From Marsupella aquatica (lineage: Eukaryota > Plantae > Marchantiophyta), in the NCBI GenBank assembly GCA_973895155.1, contig OZ316895.1, positions 23,076,558 through 23,140,557 on the forward strand: a stretch of 64,000 nucleotides of DNA, in the 5' to 3' direction. Position numbers and translations under genes: made by a program. Below are positions 37,911 to 52,573 of this stretch, one piece after another. The notes below the pieces were generated by a model. The model was not told the origin of the DNA, did no database searches, and was given only the letters and a program-made list of their open reading frames with translations. Each line of letters begins with the position of its first letter. Positions within the stretch are counted from its first letter, which is position 1.

Positions 37911-40754
37911 AATGTCGGAAGAAATTAAATTGCTTAACAAAGGCCAGTTTTTGGGCAAGTACTACTGGTGATCAGGGTTAAATACTTCAACCTCAATCTC
38001 AGTCCAGTTAGCGTTTTGCACCTCTAGCACAAGGTTCATTTATATTACTGCTCCAATGCGAAGGCTGCCTGTGTGCATCTCTTAACTAAAGAAGCCGCAA
38101 TGAAAATGTAAGGTCAGCAGTCAACATTTCATTTCGTCTGATTTTCAGTCATGTGGGTCAAGATGATTCAGACCCTTTTAGACGTCTGTACATATTCCAG
38201 ACAATTAGTGAAGAAAGCATGTCTGAAGGTTTGGCATGAAATGCCTTGAGTCGATTGGACTTCAAAGTGAAACAATGCTTCATACAGTATCGCAGCATTG
38301 GGGACTGAATTCCAGTGCCGTAGACTAGCTGATGTGTCCAAGAAATCGACAGGAGAGTCTCTCGTAGCACCAATGTTGTGTCGTGACATGGTTCTTTGTA
38401 CTGGACGTCGAGGGTCCAAGAACTTCAGAAGAGCAGGGGAGAAGTTTGTACCCCCATCTCTTAGCCGGTTGCTGCAATTCTGACAAAGGAGGGGCAAAAA
38501 TTTTCAGCCAGCCTGCATAGCTTCCCATAGTACATATGAACTTGTTAATCACTAGTCGGTTGGGCAGGGAGCAATATGCGCTTGTTCTGTGATGTCAGTG
38601 AACCCTAACTTAACTTTTAACCCGTGGAGTCTGTTTATGGCCCTCTCCGAACCAGATTATGCTACGTGTTCAAATTTCATACTTATTAAATTTGAACCTA
38701 TCACCATAGGTTCATTCAGCTTGCATTCAATATGAGCTTCATACTCCAGCTGTGCCCGGTTGCAACGTGAGCAAGAGTCGCAATGGAAAAAGCCAGCCCG
38801 GTTGCAACGTGGGCCACCAAATCACAAGATACAAGTCGCTAAACGAGATTCACTGGGATCAGGGTGAATCATAGTTGTGTTTTCATTTAGTCAAGCCAGG
38901 CCCACTGCCTATGCGAAACTCCAAGCGATTCAAACCATAAGCTAGACTGCCGACTGCACAACAATCCAGAGTAACTTGGATAAAAAAATCAGCCATTCAG
39001 CAGCATGCAACCAAAGGAAGCCTCAAAAACATCCTAGGGGAAATATCTGTGGTATGCGTCTTATTCTGCCCATTGTGCCATCAAAGTTAAAAGATGTTGA
39101 CGCCATCTACGACCGTACTCCTAGCTTCTGGTTAGCCTCCCCTCAATTGCACCAAATAACATATGCCTCCATCTTTACGTCCAGACCTCAGGGACTTCAT
39201 CCATGGCTCACCATAAACGATATAATGAATGACTGAGCTCGGCAGTCAAGGACTCCATGGGTACCGAGGGACATTACAACAACATTCCTTTCGTCCAGAC
39301 CCGAGTTAATTTGTCCTGGTATCTGATCAAACGAACAAGCGTCCCAGCCCGACAGATATCTCTTAAATCAGACGTGTCGATGGGCATACTGATCAACCCC
39401 TCCCGAAAATAGTCATGTGCATGCCACAATGTCATAGGTTTGCTGGAGGACCCACTTTATAGATGGGTAGCCTAGTGTCTACTGATGGCCGACGCATTCA
39501 ACGTGTGAGAAGCATGAGCTCATCAGCCCAATGTAAATAAGGTATAGACCCAATGAAATTCAGGGGGGTACCTCAAATAATCATTTCCAACGTCATGCAA
39601 ACGACAATATTTTAAAATTCTTTCAATCTGATTCTACCATCTTTAAAATAAGCGGTCCACAGTCTCACATAACAGACACCAGATTTAGAAACTCGTGAGC
39701 TGTACTAACGATGATCGGTATTCCAGACTATTTCAAAACTAGATCAAGCTAAACATTGGTCTCAAAGCAGTGGCCTAACAACAACTCTGAAATCCTGATG
39801 TGTTGCGCCACTGCTTTTGTAGCCTCCACTTCAGTAATGCGAGTAAAATAAAAGTCATATTGGATCCTGTGCGAAATAGTATTTAGAGTTGATTGTCTCA
39901 TTGGTGCGTCATTGCTAGCCTCGCTTTTGACGACCACCAGGGCGTCCTCAGAACAACCCTCAAAGAAGAGGACCACAAATATCCATCCCACAAGATAGCT
40001 CGGAGTTAGTTACTGAGATAGAGGACTCTGTGTAACCCCCTTCCTTCCTGAGCGCAACTAATGCTCTTCCGGCATCGAAAGTGTCAACTAAATGCATCCT
40101 TGAGAGTCCATGGCTTTCCAGTAAAGAGTGAAAACAGACTACTTGACTCAGCAGATTTTGACCTGGGTCTGAAGAACTACGAGCCGCACACGCGAATCAG
40201 CCTCTTGAAGATAGGCAAGATGCACCAAAAGATGTGATACGTACCTCAGTCTAGCCCGCTTGCTGGGCCTCGACATTTAAAGTGATATTGTGCAGGTATC
40301 CTTGGACCTTAAATATATATTGTTTTACTTACAGGTCTAAGTTGACCATAGCTCCCTAACAACCGATATCAGTAGGTCCAGTACCTATGCCCTTGCAAGC
40401 TTACCAACTGGCCGACTGATTTATAATTCCCTAGCAGGAACACGTTGAAGTGCGACAATAATCCCTGGGCAAACAGTGGCCAATACAATGAGCAGCTGCA
40501 AAAAACCAGAACTGGCACCAAACACTAGTCCTTTTGGGGCGACAAGCAAACATCACCAACAAGGGTAAGTATATTTTTGATAAAAAGGAGAAACATCCAG
40601 ATTTCAAGCAGGTCTTTCCAGAACTGCCAGTAAAGTAGTACCCCACTCCTTTACCTGTACAGTTGCTATAGGAACTGCTGGGCAGAGTTTCAATCCCCAA
40701 GGAAGATTCTTAAATTTGAATATATTATAATAAGCTGTTGAGAAATATACAGAA

Positions 40755-43700
40755 TTAATGGTCAACTGTGAGTGCCTGGTCACCATATACTCCATGTGGC
40801 TCAACTCCAACATGCTCATCCATATCAGTATCCACTCCATCCACATCTACTTCTTCGTCATCACCTTTATACTGCAATGCAACAAGAAGGATTCACTTAG
40901 AATACACAAATACACACTACAGATGACGAAGATTGACAATTCAATAACATCAATACAGAAAACAAGTATTCAATTTCAAAGTTCCTGTCGGAGTCCGCAC
41001 CTTGGAATACTGTGTAGGGAGATGACCAATACCGAAAAAATCTCCATCATTCTGATACGATTTACTAGGAGGCATATTAAGATTCAAGGTTACACGTTCT
41101 CTATCAAGTCCGGAATTACTACGATCCTCTTCTAGCTCTGCTCCATTGTGGAAATCCCTCGCATGTGCAGCAAGGCCTGTTGCAGGTAAATTCAGTCTTA
41201 CATCCCGACCTCTAACCTGAAAAGAACCATGGAGAAACACCATACACAGGAGAGGACGATTCAATTCTTGCTCCACCCCGACAATTTCCAAAACGAAAAC
41301 AATGAAGAATAAAAACCCAATCCAGCCTTAAAGGTAACAAAAATAACCCTTCCCGTTGAATTTGAAAGCTTCCGTAGTCCACAGTTGGCACGCAATTACG
41401 ACATCAGTCAGATAACCCAATGGAGCACGTCGACCTGAATAAAATAGCATCTGGGTGGTTGACTAGACGACAGTCTATAACCACAACATTCGGCTCAAAA
41501 GACAACGACTTGGACTTGAACACACGTTCCCGTACGACCTGCATCAATAACCTTGAACTTATGTATTTCCATCCTATAAAACATCACGACCAAAATAAAG
41601 CCAAGTCCTCATATAGAACTGCGAGTTTCTACCTTTTCAATGGGTGAGCTTTTAAGTGAAGGTGACATGTCACTTGCAGGCCGTCGTTCTTTACTGGATC
41701 CAACATCTATTGACGTAAACATGTCCAATTTACTGGACTTCTCGGAAACGGCCATGCCACTAGGTCTTGAATTTTGCACTAGATCATCATCAAGTGAGCT
41801 CCTTATGTTGCCGCCATTTTGCAGCATATTTCGAATAGATGCGCGTGTCTTTTCCCGAACAGTGTGAAGCCTTTTCCTCTTTGCTATGGCCAAACTTTCC
41901 TCAATATCAATACCCTTTGCAGCTGGTACATTCAGGGCAGATAAACCTGAAACATAGTAAAAGCCAAGCTGGGAAGCGGAGCATAGGTGAAGCATAGTAG
42001 GATCACGGAATAAATCATGATGCCTTAAATGACTGCTCGCATTAGATTACCGACACGAGATCGTGAGTTCAAAGGACCGACAGTAAGTGAGACGTGACAA
42101 GAATACAGGCATAACCAGATGACTAACATTTCTTCCAAAAATGTTGGCTGACAGCCCCAAGTGAAGTTTGGCAAGATTAGCTCCAGTACCTTGTGCACTG
42201 ATGCCATTTGGAGGTCGTTCGGGTTCGCCATCACTTAAGTTGTAGTAGTCGGAATCATCCACGAATGGATTTGGCCGCTGATTTTCTTCGAATGGGAATT
42301 CTTCTGCCATTTTTTGCAGTTTCGATTGCGTCCTATTCAGCAAATAACCGGATTAGCAAATACAAAGAAGGGCACCACGTAGCACCCATTTCTGCTACGG
42401 TCTAAAGGAAATCCTATTCTCCAACGTAGCTCACCCGGGATTAGACAACAAGGACAAAATCTGTACCAAGCTTTTGCGAGTTTTCGGTAACGAGACTAAA
42501 CGGCGTTGCTTCAAAGCTTCAGAATCCGACTCAGCTTAGGCAAAAACTGTGCAACGAGATCAAACCTATGAGGAGATGTCTAACTTCCCCTCATAAACAG
42601 GATAATTTTGACAGTTTTTGCTCTGACATGGGATGAACATCGTCAAAAGACATTAGCAATAAGACTAAGTGCCCGGCACACGGAAGAAGACTTGGAAAAA
42701 GAAGTATAATAGTCTCCCAGTCAAGAAAAGGCATGCTTACTTTTTGACCTCCTCTTGAGCGCGGGTGCAACGCATGTACACCTTAATCAATTTCTTCATC
42801 CTGGAATTATACCTGCAGTTCAAATACGTGATTGTTAAATGTGTCACCCTGACTTATAATGAAACACAAAAAACTAACTAGGAGATAAACAGTAACTTCC
42901 AACCAGCCACTCAATCATTATATCCGTACCATCTGATGGAGACATAGCGATGCCGATACACCAGGTACTAAACTAGGACAAAAGGAAGTACCGTTTACAG
43001 TCTTCCAGTGAGTTGGTCAGCTTCGTTTCCAATTCAGTGTTTTGACCTGTCAGCACACTAGCCTCTTCCACCTTTTTCGCCAGGGCTTTCTGTTGAGGAC
43101 AGAGTTCAAAATAAATCAAAAGAGGCTGATAACACCGAAAATTCCAATGACAAAACGGAGGACCTTACGTAGAAATTGCCACTTCCAGCTAGAGCATACC
43201 AATACAAGACCTTCGACTTAAAATCGAGCCTGACCCCTTATGACATCATGGCCTAGAAAACTCTCAGAAAAAGACCAAACTAACCACGCCACATAACTAT
43301 AATATTCAGTGATGCACTGCGCCTTTCTTCAAGATATCTGAGCAAACCGTTTATTATGCAAACTGTATCGATGACTATCTGGATGGATTTGTTCACAGAC
43401 AAGCAGGCAAACTTGTAGTCATGAGGATGTTTTTCGACCATGGAAACATTTATAACAACCAAACTGTCGATGTTCCAAGTATTCAGCCCTCGAAATGAAG
43501 CTTACCTCAAGGTTTTCCTTCTCATCTAATAACGCATCATTGTCCAGTTGCACCTGCCGCAGCTGCAAAGTAGACAATTGCAGTTAATTCGTACAATTAA
43601 TATGCACATGATATACCTTTGCCTGTATAAAGTTCTGATTAGACAGAGTCACAAGAAAATTTCTACCGCCAAAATGGAGCTACTCATGCATACATCACCT

Positions 43701-45873
43701 GTCAAAAACAGAATAAGTTTTGTCAAGAACTCCACCTGCTCTTGAAGTGTATCTCTTGGACTTGGCGACGGTGACACTGCAGGGGACTTCACTTTATTGT
43801 CTTCAGGGTGCTTGCCATTTTCCCCTCCATAATGATCCCCCGACACATCACTCAGATGGGCATCTGGAGCCTCCACTCGTAACTTCTTTGATTCCCTTCT
43901 TTCATTGTACAGGGGTGCAACATAAAATACAACCAAAAATCAGCAGCAAGAACGTGCAAGAGAATAACACGTGGGATTGTCCAGCAGGTCACAACTCTCA
44001 GGGTAGTCTTTGAAAACAAAGCTCTAGTACTAATGAGCAGCTGAGAACGTCCTACTTTTAGAATTGGAAGAGAGAATCACTCCGTAATCCCATCCAAGAA
44101 CGAACTAGTAACTTTACCAAATACGAATGACGAGCTGTACCTTTTGTGAGAGGGTGACCGTGCTGGAGTATAAGATCTACTTTGTCTGCGTCGACCTGGT
44201 GACCTTGAGAGGCTACGACCTGCCAGAAGGCACAATAACATACTCAGGAATATAACAAAATCGAGAAGCGGAGTGTAACTGAGGTACACAAACTAATGCT
44301 AAAAAAGGCAAACCGACGATCATGTGTGAGGTCTCGAAAATCTCCCTAAATATTATTAAAGATCACTACGGATGGGAAACATTCGCGGGAAAACTAAACT
44401 GACAAAAACCCAAGATACCACACAAGCTTTACATGGAAAACATGCCATCTAATCCTACCTCTGTCTCTAGGTGAAAACCTACGGTCTGAGAGACTTCCAG
44501 GTCGACCTCCTCTTCCATCTCTACTGGGTGAACGCCTGCGAGGTGGAGGTGAGCCACGCCTGTCCAATCTGTCCCGCAAGTCTGCACCCCGATGATTTTC
44601 CTGTCTATCCTGCCGGCCTGCAAAGATTACACCATAATAAAATCACAACTCACGACCATATGCTCTACAAAAGACTTCGGTGACGGTCCATCACATCCAA
44701 ATTTTAGCCAAGACGGTACGATGCCAAGACTCAAGAATAACCATACATGTGACAAAACTTACCAAGTGTTGCAGTAATAATTATGTTTGCCAATAGTCAT
44801 ACCCGCCTCTGCTTTCTAGGTCAGGCCAGGTCAGGTATATTGGACTAACAATACGCCCGCTAATCCATATGATATATTGTCTCTAACCATCGCTTTTGAA
44901 GCGTTAAGCACTGTTGACAAGCCCATTATTGGCGACATATCCTTTAGACAAAATAATTCATGAAGAATTGCGTCTTGAAAATTCATAGACATCATCAACG
45001 GATGGTGTGCGATCACAGGGGACTTCCTTCGGTCCCAGGACATAAAAATAGGTTATCAGGGGATAAGGTGCAGCCTTCCATCCCATATAATACAAAGGGT
45101 GTCCAACCACCATATCTGCGCCCAAATCTGCAAAATCATCTCCAGGAATGAGACCCCTCACGAAATCTGAGCCCAAATCTATCAGGCTCATTTCAGGATC
45201 ACTTTCCTTGTAGTTCACTATTCATATTGTACATATGAGCTCTGCAGAGTCGGCTTCCACCGATCAACTATTGCACCACCATTTAAACGCTTTGATTCTC
45301 CCCTCTATCAGTGCCGGCCCAATCATCCATACTGAAAAACCGCATGACCCCAAACTAGTTTCCTTTGAATGGATATTGAATGCCGGAGGCTCGCTTCAAG
45401 GTCATTTAACAACGTCTTCCCAGATAAATAACTTCGAAGTAGAGGGAATCAGTTAATAGAGACCCAACGAGAACCATAAGACGACCATTATAACTTCCTT
45501 TGACTCACCTGACGAGATTTCTTCTATGCTTATCTGCAATGAGCAGGTCAGGGAAGTTTACATCTGTGGAGGGCATTAAATCACACATGCGCGAACCGAG
45601 AGAAGCCTCAGCTCGAGGCCTTGTAATAGACTGTTTTCATCGCCTAAAAGGCTCACCCTCCGTCAGAGCTGCCGCTCAAGAGTCACAAGCAAGACTAGGT
45701 GTCTGTCAAGGAGATCTTTCATTAGGATGATACATACCGTTAAATCCACCGGCACCAGGGAACCGTCGTAGCTCAGCTTCTCCATGAGCAAATGAGCAAC
45801 TATGCCGAGGACAATTCCCTCTTTGGTACAGGGTACAGAGCTTGGTTTTGTACAAATCACGTGCATGAGCCAT
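40755..45873 (-). CDS. CCCH zinc-finger protein with an RS/RD-rich region, coiled coil and acidic tail (At3g21810/C3H13-like), about 12 exons
   Basis: Exon 1 45873-45738 MAHARDLYKTKLCTLYQRGNCPRHSCSFAHGEAELRRF (C-x8-C-x4-C-x3-H); exon 2 DLRDRLDRRGSPPPRRRSP; coiled-coil exons ~43900-42470; LPATGLAAHA; last exon 40871-40755 YKGDDEEVDV...TVDH*; internal exon edges approximate. Confidence 0.88.
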
Positions 45874-47604
45874 CGCCACTGTTGATGAAACACTTAATAA
45901 TGCGGCAAACCACTCGTTCTCCCGTTCTGATCTTGAAACACCACTATCACGAGAGTAAACAGTAGATTTTACGTCATGAAGCGCGCTTCGCTGCGGTAAC
46001 CAGCTTCGAACAAGCCACAAAGGTCGAAACCCTCCAAGTCCGGAATTTCCAGCGCCGAATTGCCCTCAGAAGCAGCAGCGATGAGACCGCTATTATAGTG
46101 AGCCTTAAATATATAATTCCTCTCCATACGACTCAAACTTCTGCAATGGCAACATTTTCAATTCCTGTTGAGGACACTCTCAAAAGAGCAATTTCCTTTA
46201 ACAGTGTCATAGATCAACATGGACCCCTACCATGATGTGTTTCAATATAAGGCATCCACTTACTGTGCTTAAATATGTAGAAGATCCGAAACACAGATGA
46301 GGATCACTGGACTAATACCATGGCAGTAGGGTCGATGACTTCGTTAAGACATGGATTGGATAAGAAAAACGATACTGCAACCTACAACGCTGACGTGAAA
46401 CTATGGCAATACAATCACCGAGACACGCCATCAAGAAAAGGTGATTCAGCGCGCCCTAAACACCTTCCGACATTTACAATTGACAGAGAGTTGACAAAGA
46501 CGGAAAACCAGTGCTTGCATGCAACGATTGCCCTCTTGCACAGGAAGACAGGACGGGCGGAACACAACCTTCTCCGAATGAACATTACTCAAGAACACCC
46601 CCCCGCCCCCCCCAAAAAAGAACTCCGCAAAGTCACCAACGACCTATGAATTGATTGAATGGCTCGTACGAAGGGAACACGACTAAGAACCCGGCGGATT
46701 TATCCAGCACGCACAAAAGAATTTGAGAAAATCCAGTTCGGAAGTCGCAATGGGCAAATCGGCCGAGCAAAAGAAGAAGAGCAGAGAAGAGACGAGAAGC
46801 TAAGCGAAACGAAACGAAACGAAACGAACCAGCCAGGCGGCACTCACCTCTCTTGCAGCCAGCAATGAACCCGATAGCAACGACAGAGAGACGGCGCTCG
46901 AGCAAGCGAGCCGTGGGCAGGCGAAGCCAATTGAAGTCAAAGCGGAAGCGATCACTTTCTCATCAGAGCTTGGAAGAGACCACCCTTCCCAGTCAAACAA
47001 ACAAAAAAAACCGAGGCACGCATCAGCTTTCCTTCCGCGAGGGCGGGGCGAGCAATGTGTGAAAATTAATAAATTATTCCGCGCCAGGATTCGTCATCAT
47101 CCGCCCGGAGCTCTGATTGGCGAGAGCATCAGACACCGAAATTCGAAAGGAAAAAACGAATGCAGCGGCGGAGGCGCAAATTCGAGGAGGAAGGCGATCG
47201 GGGAGACACAAATCGGGGAGGGAGGAATGAATGCAACGAGGGCGATGGCACAAATCGCTGCGACAGAGGGGAGAGCGGAGAGCGGAGAGCGGCGCTTTGT
47301 GGCGTCGTCGAGAGGGGATGTTCGGAGAGAGAGGAAGCAAGCAGAGAACAATAATGCAGAAGAATGGAAGCGGAGGCAGAGAGGAAGAGGAGGAGCAGTT
47401 GGAGACGATGGAAGGATGGAAGGATGGATGGACGGAATCGGACGGGAGAAAACGGAAAGTGGGAAGTCACGGAACGGAGGAAACCGAGAGGAGAACCGAG
47501 CAGCGTATTATTTTTAAGTGCCAATTTTAGCCAAATTCCACCTCCCCAAAAAACTTTCCTCACTTTTGGCTAATATTGACTACATTTTTCTGACACCATT
47601 AGCC

Positions 47605-47760
47605 ACTCTTCCACCAAATCATGGGCCCCATTAGCAGAATCTAAGGGTCCTCCTTAAATCTAGGGATATTTGACGGTCAACAACTCTTCCACCAAATCAT
47701 GGGCCCCATTAGCAGAATCTAAGGGTCCTCCTTAAATCTAGGGATACTTGAGGGTCAACA
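47605..47760 (+). repeat. Near-perfect 78-bp tandem duplication
   Basis: actcttccaccaaatcatgggccccattagcagaatctaagggtcc... starts at 47605 and 47683. Confidence 0.9.
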
Positions 47761-48439
47761 TTTAATTCAGTAAAATCTGGATGAGAATATTCCTAGAATC
47801 TCCTCTTTAGAGAAGCAAACATTCCGCACCCTGGCTAAAAATAAAAAATCTTAAAAATATACACTGGAACCTAGGTATTGCATAATGCTAGTATTTTGTT
47901 TGTTAGCGAGGAGAGTGTTGTTAGGGAGATACTAATGGTTTTAATTTTTTTCAACTTTTTGCTGCCTTCAGATGACTCCAGATGGCTAGCGAGGTCTTGT
48001 TAGTGGGGAGAGTGTTGTTAGGGAGGAGAATGTTGTTAGGGAGACACTAATGGTTTTAACTTTTTTTAACTTTTTGTTGCCTTTTATATATTTTGTGTTT
48101 TTTCATGACTCTAGATGGCTGGCGAGGTAGCTAGCCAAAAGAGGAGTCCCAAAAATGTATGTTATCAACCAAGTTGTTCTTAGCTAGGCAGATGGATATA
48201 GAAAAATTAGGGGTCATGTGAGGAAAATTTTTGCTTACAAGTGCGAGTATATTTCTTACTGTTTCCTCGCATGCTACAATGACTCTACGTTGGAGTCCCT
48301 CATTATTCACTTGTATTTTCTCATGAGCTATGGATTCTTTTAAGAATTTTTTCATCGTGATGTTTTGTTGGTGTAGTGTGAGATTGAGTGCTCTCATGTT
48401 CCGCATTTGCTGTCTAATCTGAGCTGATGATTTCTTACA

Positions 48440-49410
48440 AATAGGCCCAGTAACAGTGTAAGAGTACTAAAAAATTATTATCCAATTTCCTTGCAAAGGC
48501 AAAGGGACTTATCTCCTTGGGCCCAAGAATAGTGTAAGAGTAGTAAAATTTGCTTATCCAATTTCATTGCAAAGACAAGGGGATTTCTCTCCTCTGACCC
48601 AAGAATAGTGTGAGAGTACTAAAACTTTCTTATCTAATTTCACAGCAGAGGCAAGGGAGATTACCTCCACATACTAGACTCAAGAAAATTTTAAGAGTAC
48701 TAAAAATTTCTTATCCCATTCCATGGGGACGAGGACAAGAAACAAACCAAAGAGGGAGAAAGAGGAAGCAAAAAAAGAAGAATGGTGTAAGAGTAATAAC
48801 ATATTTCTTATCCAGTTAGCCTGAATTACCCATCCCTTGGACATAAGTGAAGAGTAAAAAAATAGCATTCATAAACAAAGGCCATACTATTTCCCTTTCA
48901 TCTTTGCCCTTATCCCTCTTTCCTGTCCACACCTTTACTTTAAGTTATGCCATAGAGTCAAGGTCTGGAAGCTTCACTCTAGACAATGGGCCCAGGGAAT
49001 AGCTTTTGATTGTCATTATGTCCTTCTAGACTAGACTTCATGACAGAGGCAAGGGGATTTATCTCCCACATATTATACCCAAGAATAGTGTAAGAGTACT
49101 AAAAAATTCTCATTCGATTGCACTGCAGAGGCAAGAGGATTTATCACCCTGCAGATTGGACCCAAGAACACTGCAAGAGTACTAGAATATTACTTATCCA
49201 ATTTCATGGCAGAGGAAGGGGGATCTATCTGTCGCACATATTGGACTCGAGAATAGTGTAAGAGCAATACAAATTTCTTATCCCATTCCATGGCAGAGGC
49301 AAGGGGATTTCACGGCAGAGGCAAGGGGATTGATCTCCCATATATAAGACCCTGACTTATCCAATGTCACCCCAGCAGCAAGGGGGTTTATCTCCCACAT
49401 ATTAGACCTG
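48440..49410 (+). repeat. Degenerate ~75-80-bp repeat array (cccaagaatagtgtaagagtactaaaa...ttatccaatttc...gcagaggcaaggggattt)
   Basis: Multiple diverged copies visible. Confidence 0.8.
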
Positions 49411-50233
49411 GATTGCTTGGTGAAAAGGGACCCTAGTCTGTTAATTATAATCTTTATGTTTGCCAAGGATGCTATGTCACAAGCTATTAAAAACTTAGGT
49501 CTGACGACATAGCTTGTGACAATGTTTGGATGTGAGACATTGTCTTCTTACATATGATATATCACCATGGTACCCTCTTTTTATTTTATCTGAATAGACA
49601 AACAGACCAATAGAAGGAATGAACTGTTGTTCCTCAAGAGCCTTCACTAGCTTGGGAACATAATATATAGGAGAAAGAGCTTTTCAGATCACAAATTCAG
49701 TTTCTTTTGCATACACTCATTTCCACGAGTTGATGGTGACACAAGTGCCAAAAAGAAAGAAGGCATCCCGGAGGATATTGGAATTGTGCTCCCAAAGCGC
49801 TGTAGATATACAAAGGGACACAAGACGGATTTACAGTAAAATAGCCCGATATACTTTGGTGTCACCTAGTGCTAACCTATGCCAATGGCTCTGTGTGAAT
49901 GAAACAAAAACACTTAATGGCATTCTTTGGTCTGGATAGAGCTAGTGCAAACCTTCCAACTAAAAGAATGTCTACCATAAATGGTGGACAGTGGTGTTTT
50001 AAGCCAATCTGGATTGTTCAATTCAGATATGACCTTCACTAGTTACATGCCCCATTGGACTTGGGAATGGCTCCAAGAGTGACGCCAAGCTCATGAGGGT
50101 TGTTGCCCCTACTTTCCTATGGATAGGATTTGACCACAGATCTCAGATGGGGCTTGCAGCTGGGCAAGCCTTCATGGAATGGGGCCCAAAGCCCTTCCAA
50201 GACTGTGTTCTCCCAAATGAAAGCCCCAGTGTA

Positions 50234-50366
50234 TTGAGCCAAACTGGTTTTTATTTGCATCTATTTCTCAAGTACCTCTTATTTACATCAACATTGCTGT
50301 CTTGAGCCAAACTGGTTGTTATTTGCACCTATTTCTCAAGTCCCTCTTATTTACATCAACATTGCA
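50234..50366 (+). repeat. ~68-bp tandem duplication
   Basis: ttgagccaaactggtt.ttatttgca.ctatttctcaagt.cctcttatttacatcaacattgc twice. Confidence 0.85.
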
Positions 50367-51462
50367 TTCTCATGACAATATAAGGTGTACTATATCACTC
50401 GATACCATGATAAACCCAAAAATATTTGTTGATTGTGATTCATAATATGTATCGTGCTCTCTGTTTTTGCTAGTGATTCTAAATATGTATCTGGCTGTTT
50501 GTTTTTTATGTGCAGTTACCAGGAACGCCATTCTCATACCCCTCATAGCCCAAGCCTTCCTGCATATACCTCACCCGGGAGCTCCCTCCTCAAATTCAAT
50601 TTCTCGAAATTGATCAATTTGAATATTGAACATTTTTGTCGATAGGTGGTTCTGTCAAATTTCTCATATTCGAGCGATGGATTCCCACAGAACAAACGGA
50701 ATGTGAGACACACCCTACAGAGGGAGAACAACCACGGATTTAGAATCAAGCCCTACAACACAATTCCTGGAGAGCACACTGCCAAATTGACAAGTACACA
50801 AATCGCTCACTGTTCAATGTAGATCTCAAGATCTGTACGTCTGAGGAATGAAGAGTTTGTTTCATTCCAAAATCAGTCGTTCTCATAGATCACATTCCAG
50901 ACTTACCCAAGTTCAAGAAATGCATCCTAAGGATCTCCACGACACTTTAAGTTACCTTTCACTCTACTGGATCAATTCAACACACAAAGGCCGCCAAGAC
51001 TTCTAGGCACACACTCTAACAGAACTCTCTTTGCCACCAACATCACTTGATAATCCACCTCTAGTCGCAGAGTCAAATATTCCTTAAACTAAACTATAAG
51101 GGCACATTCATGAGAGTAAAATCCAACCGAGGCAAAACTGACCCCCAAATCCACCAGCTTGTTTGGAAAGACAATTCAATTGTTACAAAGTACTTCCACT
51201 GCTAACAAAGAGCCAGCCCCATCCCTTTACTTTCTAACTGGCTACAGCTCCAATGAGACGCTTCAATTCCTGTTGCCATGTGCAAGTCACAATACATTAC
51301 TCAGGATCTGTAATGTGCCAATCTAGTGCAGCAATTCTTGCGCCGGGTGGGCTCCTGAACGAACTGAACTCTGGATTTGGATGGGTTGGGATGTGATCGG
51401 ATCCATAACAGAGCAGAACGGAACTACAATCATGACACTTCCTTCGAAGGAGCTTGTGGTTG

Positions 51463-52573
51463 CTATTTGGATTCGGCACTTGTTTCTGCCGACTTCGGAG
51501 GCGGTACTTGGAATATGTGAGCCCTTGTAATGATGTCTGTTACAACCCAGGCCTTTCTCTTGCTCAACGGTCTTGAAGGGCTGATTCTAACCTGCACGTT
51601 TCGAAAGTGCCTTAGAAATTGACTATGACTACGCCTTTAAGTAGCTCCGATTTACAACGGGAGTAAGAGTGAAAACAAAAGCGCGCTACTACATGCTCTG
51701 GCCCCTCTCCAAAACACGAGGAATGTCTTTCAGATCTTAATTCCGTATCTTTACTGAATCTGCTCTAGCACAGCACTCCTCCGAAGCTGTTCTTCGGCTC
51801 TCTCCAAAATGAAAACTGGCACAACACAGGTACACTCTCTGGCCCATCTTTGCAATCCGACCGCGTTATTCCCAGATTTAGTCTCTCTCAATTACTGAAA
51901 GTTTTCAAGAAGGGCACTTCGCCCACAGAAGTTCTTTGGTCCAGTACTTTCCCCAAAAACTGTCGCAAAGGAAACCCACACTCTCTGGCCCATCTCCACA
52001 ATCCAGTCGAATGTTTCCAGAACCCTAAACCCTAATATTCTCGCTCAATTACTGTATGATCCCAAGCACTGCACTCACCACACAGTAGCTGCGTTCCCGG
52101 CATTCTCTTGAAACTGGAAATTCCGCAGTGCAGGTTACTACACGAATCTACTCAAAATTTAGGGTTTCGGAAATCTCTCGCACAATTCTCTCCACTTCCC
52201 AGTGAGGGTAATGCTCCTCACACAGTAATCTCTCTCAAATGCTGAATTAGCTGCCCGCTCCCCACGGAAAAGCTCCCTTTCCGGCACTCCCTTACCCAGT
52301 CCATTACTATGGTTGATTGAACAATCTCTCCGGAACCCAGTACCTTTCTTTCTACTTTTCAAACACAGGCGGAAAAGGCCGGCATGCTCCTCCAGATGTA
52401 GCGACACATACCTGGTCGCCAATGTTGCACTCGTTGTTCTCGTCGTGCGCCATGATTTTGCTGGTCTTTTTCACGAACTTGGGGTATAGTGGATGCTGAG
52501 TGATGCGCTGCACGGCCACCACCACCGACTTTTGCATTTTGTTGCTCACCACCTTTCCTAAGAAAGTCTTCAT
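51463..52573 (-). CDS. RPS17: Bacterial-type ribosomal protein uS17, probably mitochondrial; exons 52573-52412 and 51591-51463; 96 aa
   Basis: [54 protein letters not shown]|[21 protein letters not shown]...SK*; uS17 signature GDxVxIxxxRPLSKxK; phase-0 GT-AG intron; no N-terminal transit extension. Confidence 0.93.
52027..52167. promoter_or_regulatory. Telo-box motifs (AAACCCTAA) in the RPS17 intron, one on each strand
   Basis: aaaccctaa at 52027-52035 and ttagggttt at 52159-52167; telo-boxes are typical of plant translation-machinery genes. Confidence 0.45.

Noticed and set aside
38950-40700. Short ORFs between the two convergent genes
   Set aside because: No recognisable domain or consistent exon chain; likely 3' UTR or intergenic DNA
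46320-47573. Multiple R/G/E-rich and S/L/P-rich ORFs
   Set aside because: Best explained as the CT-rich, intron-containing 5' leader of the minus-strand CCCH gene
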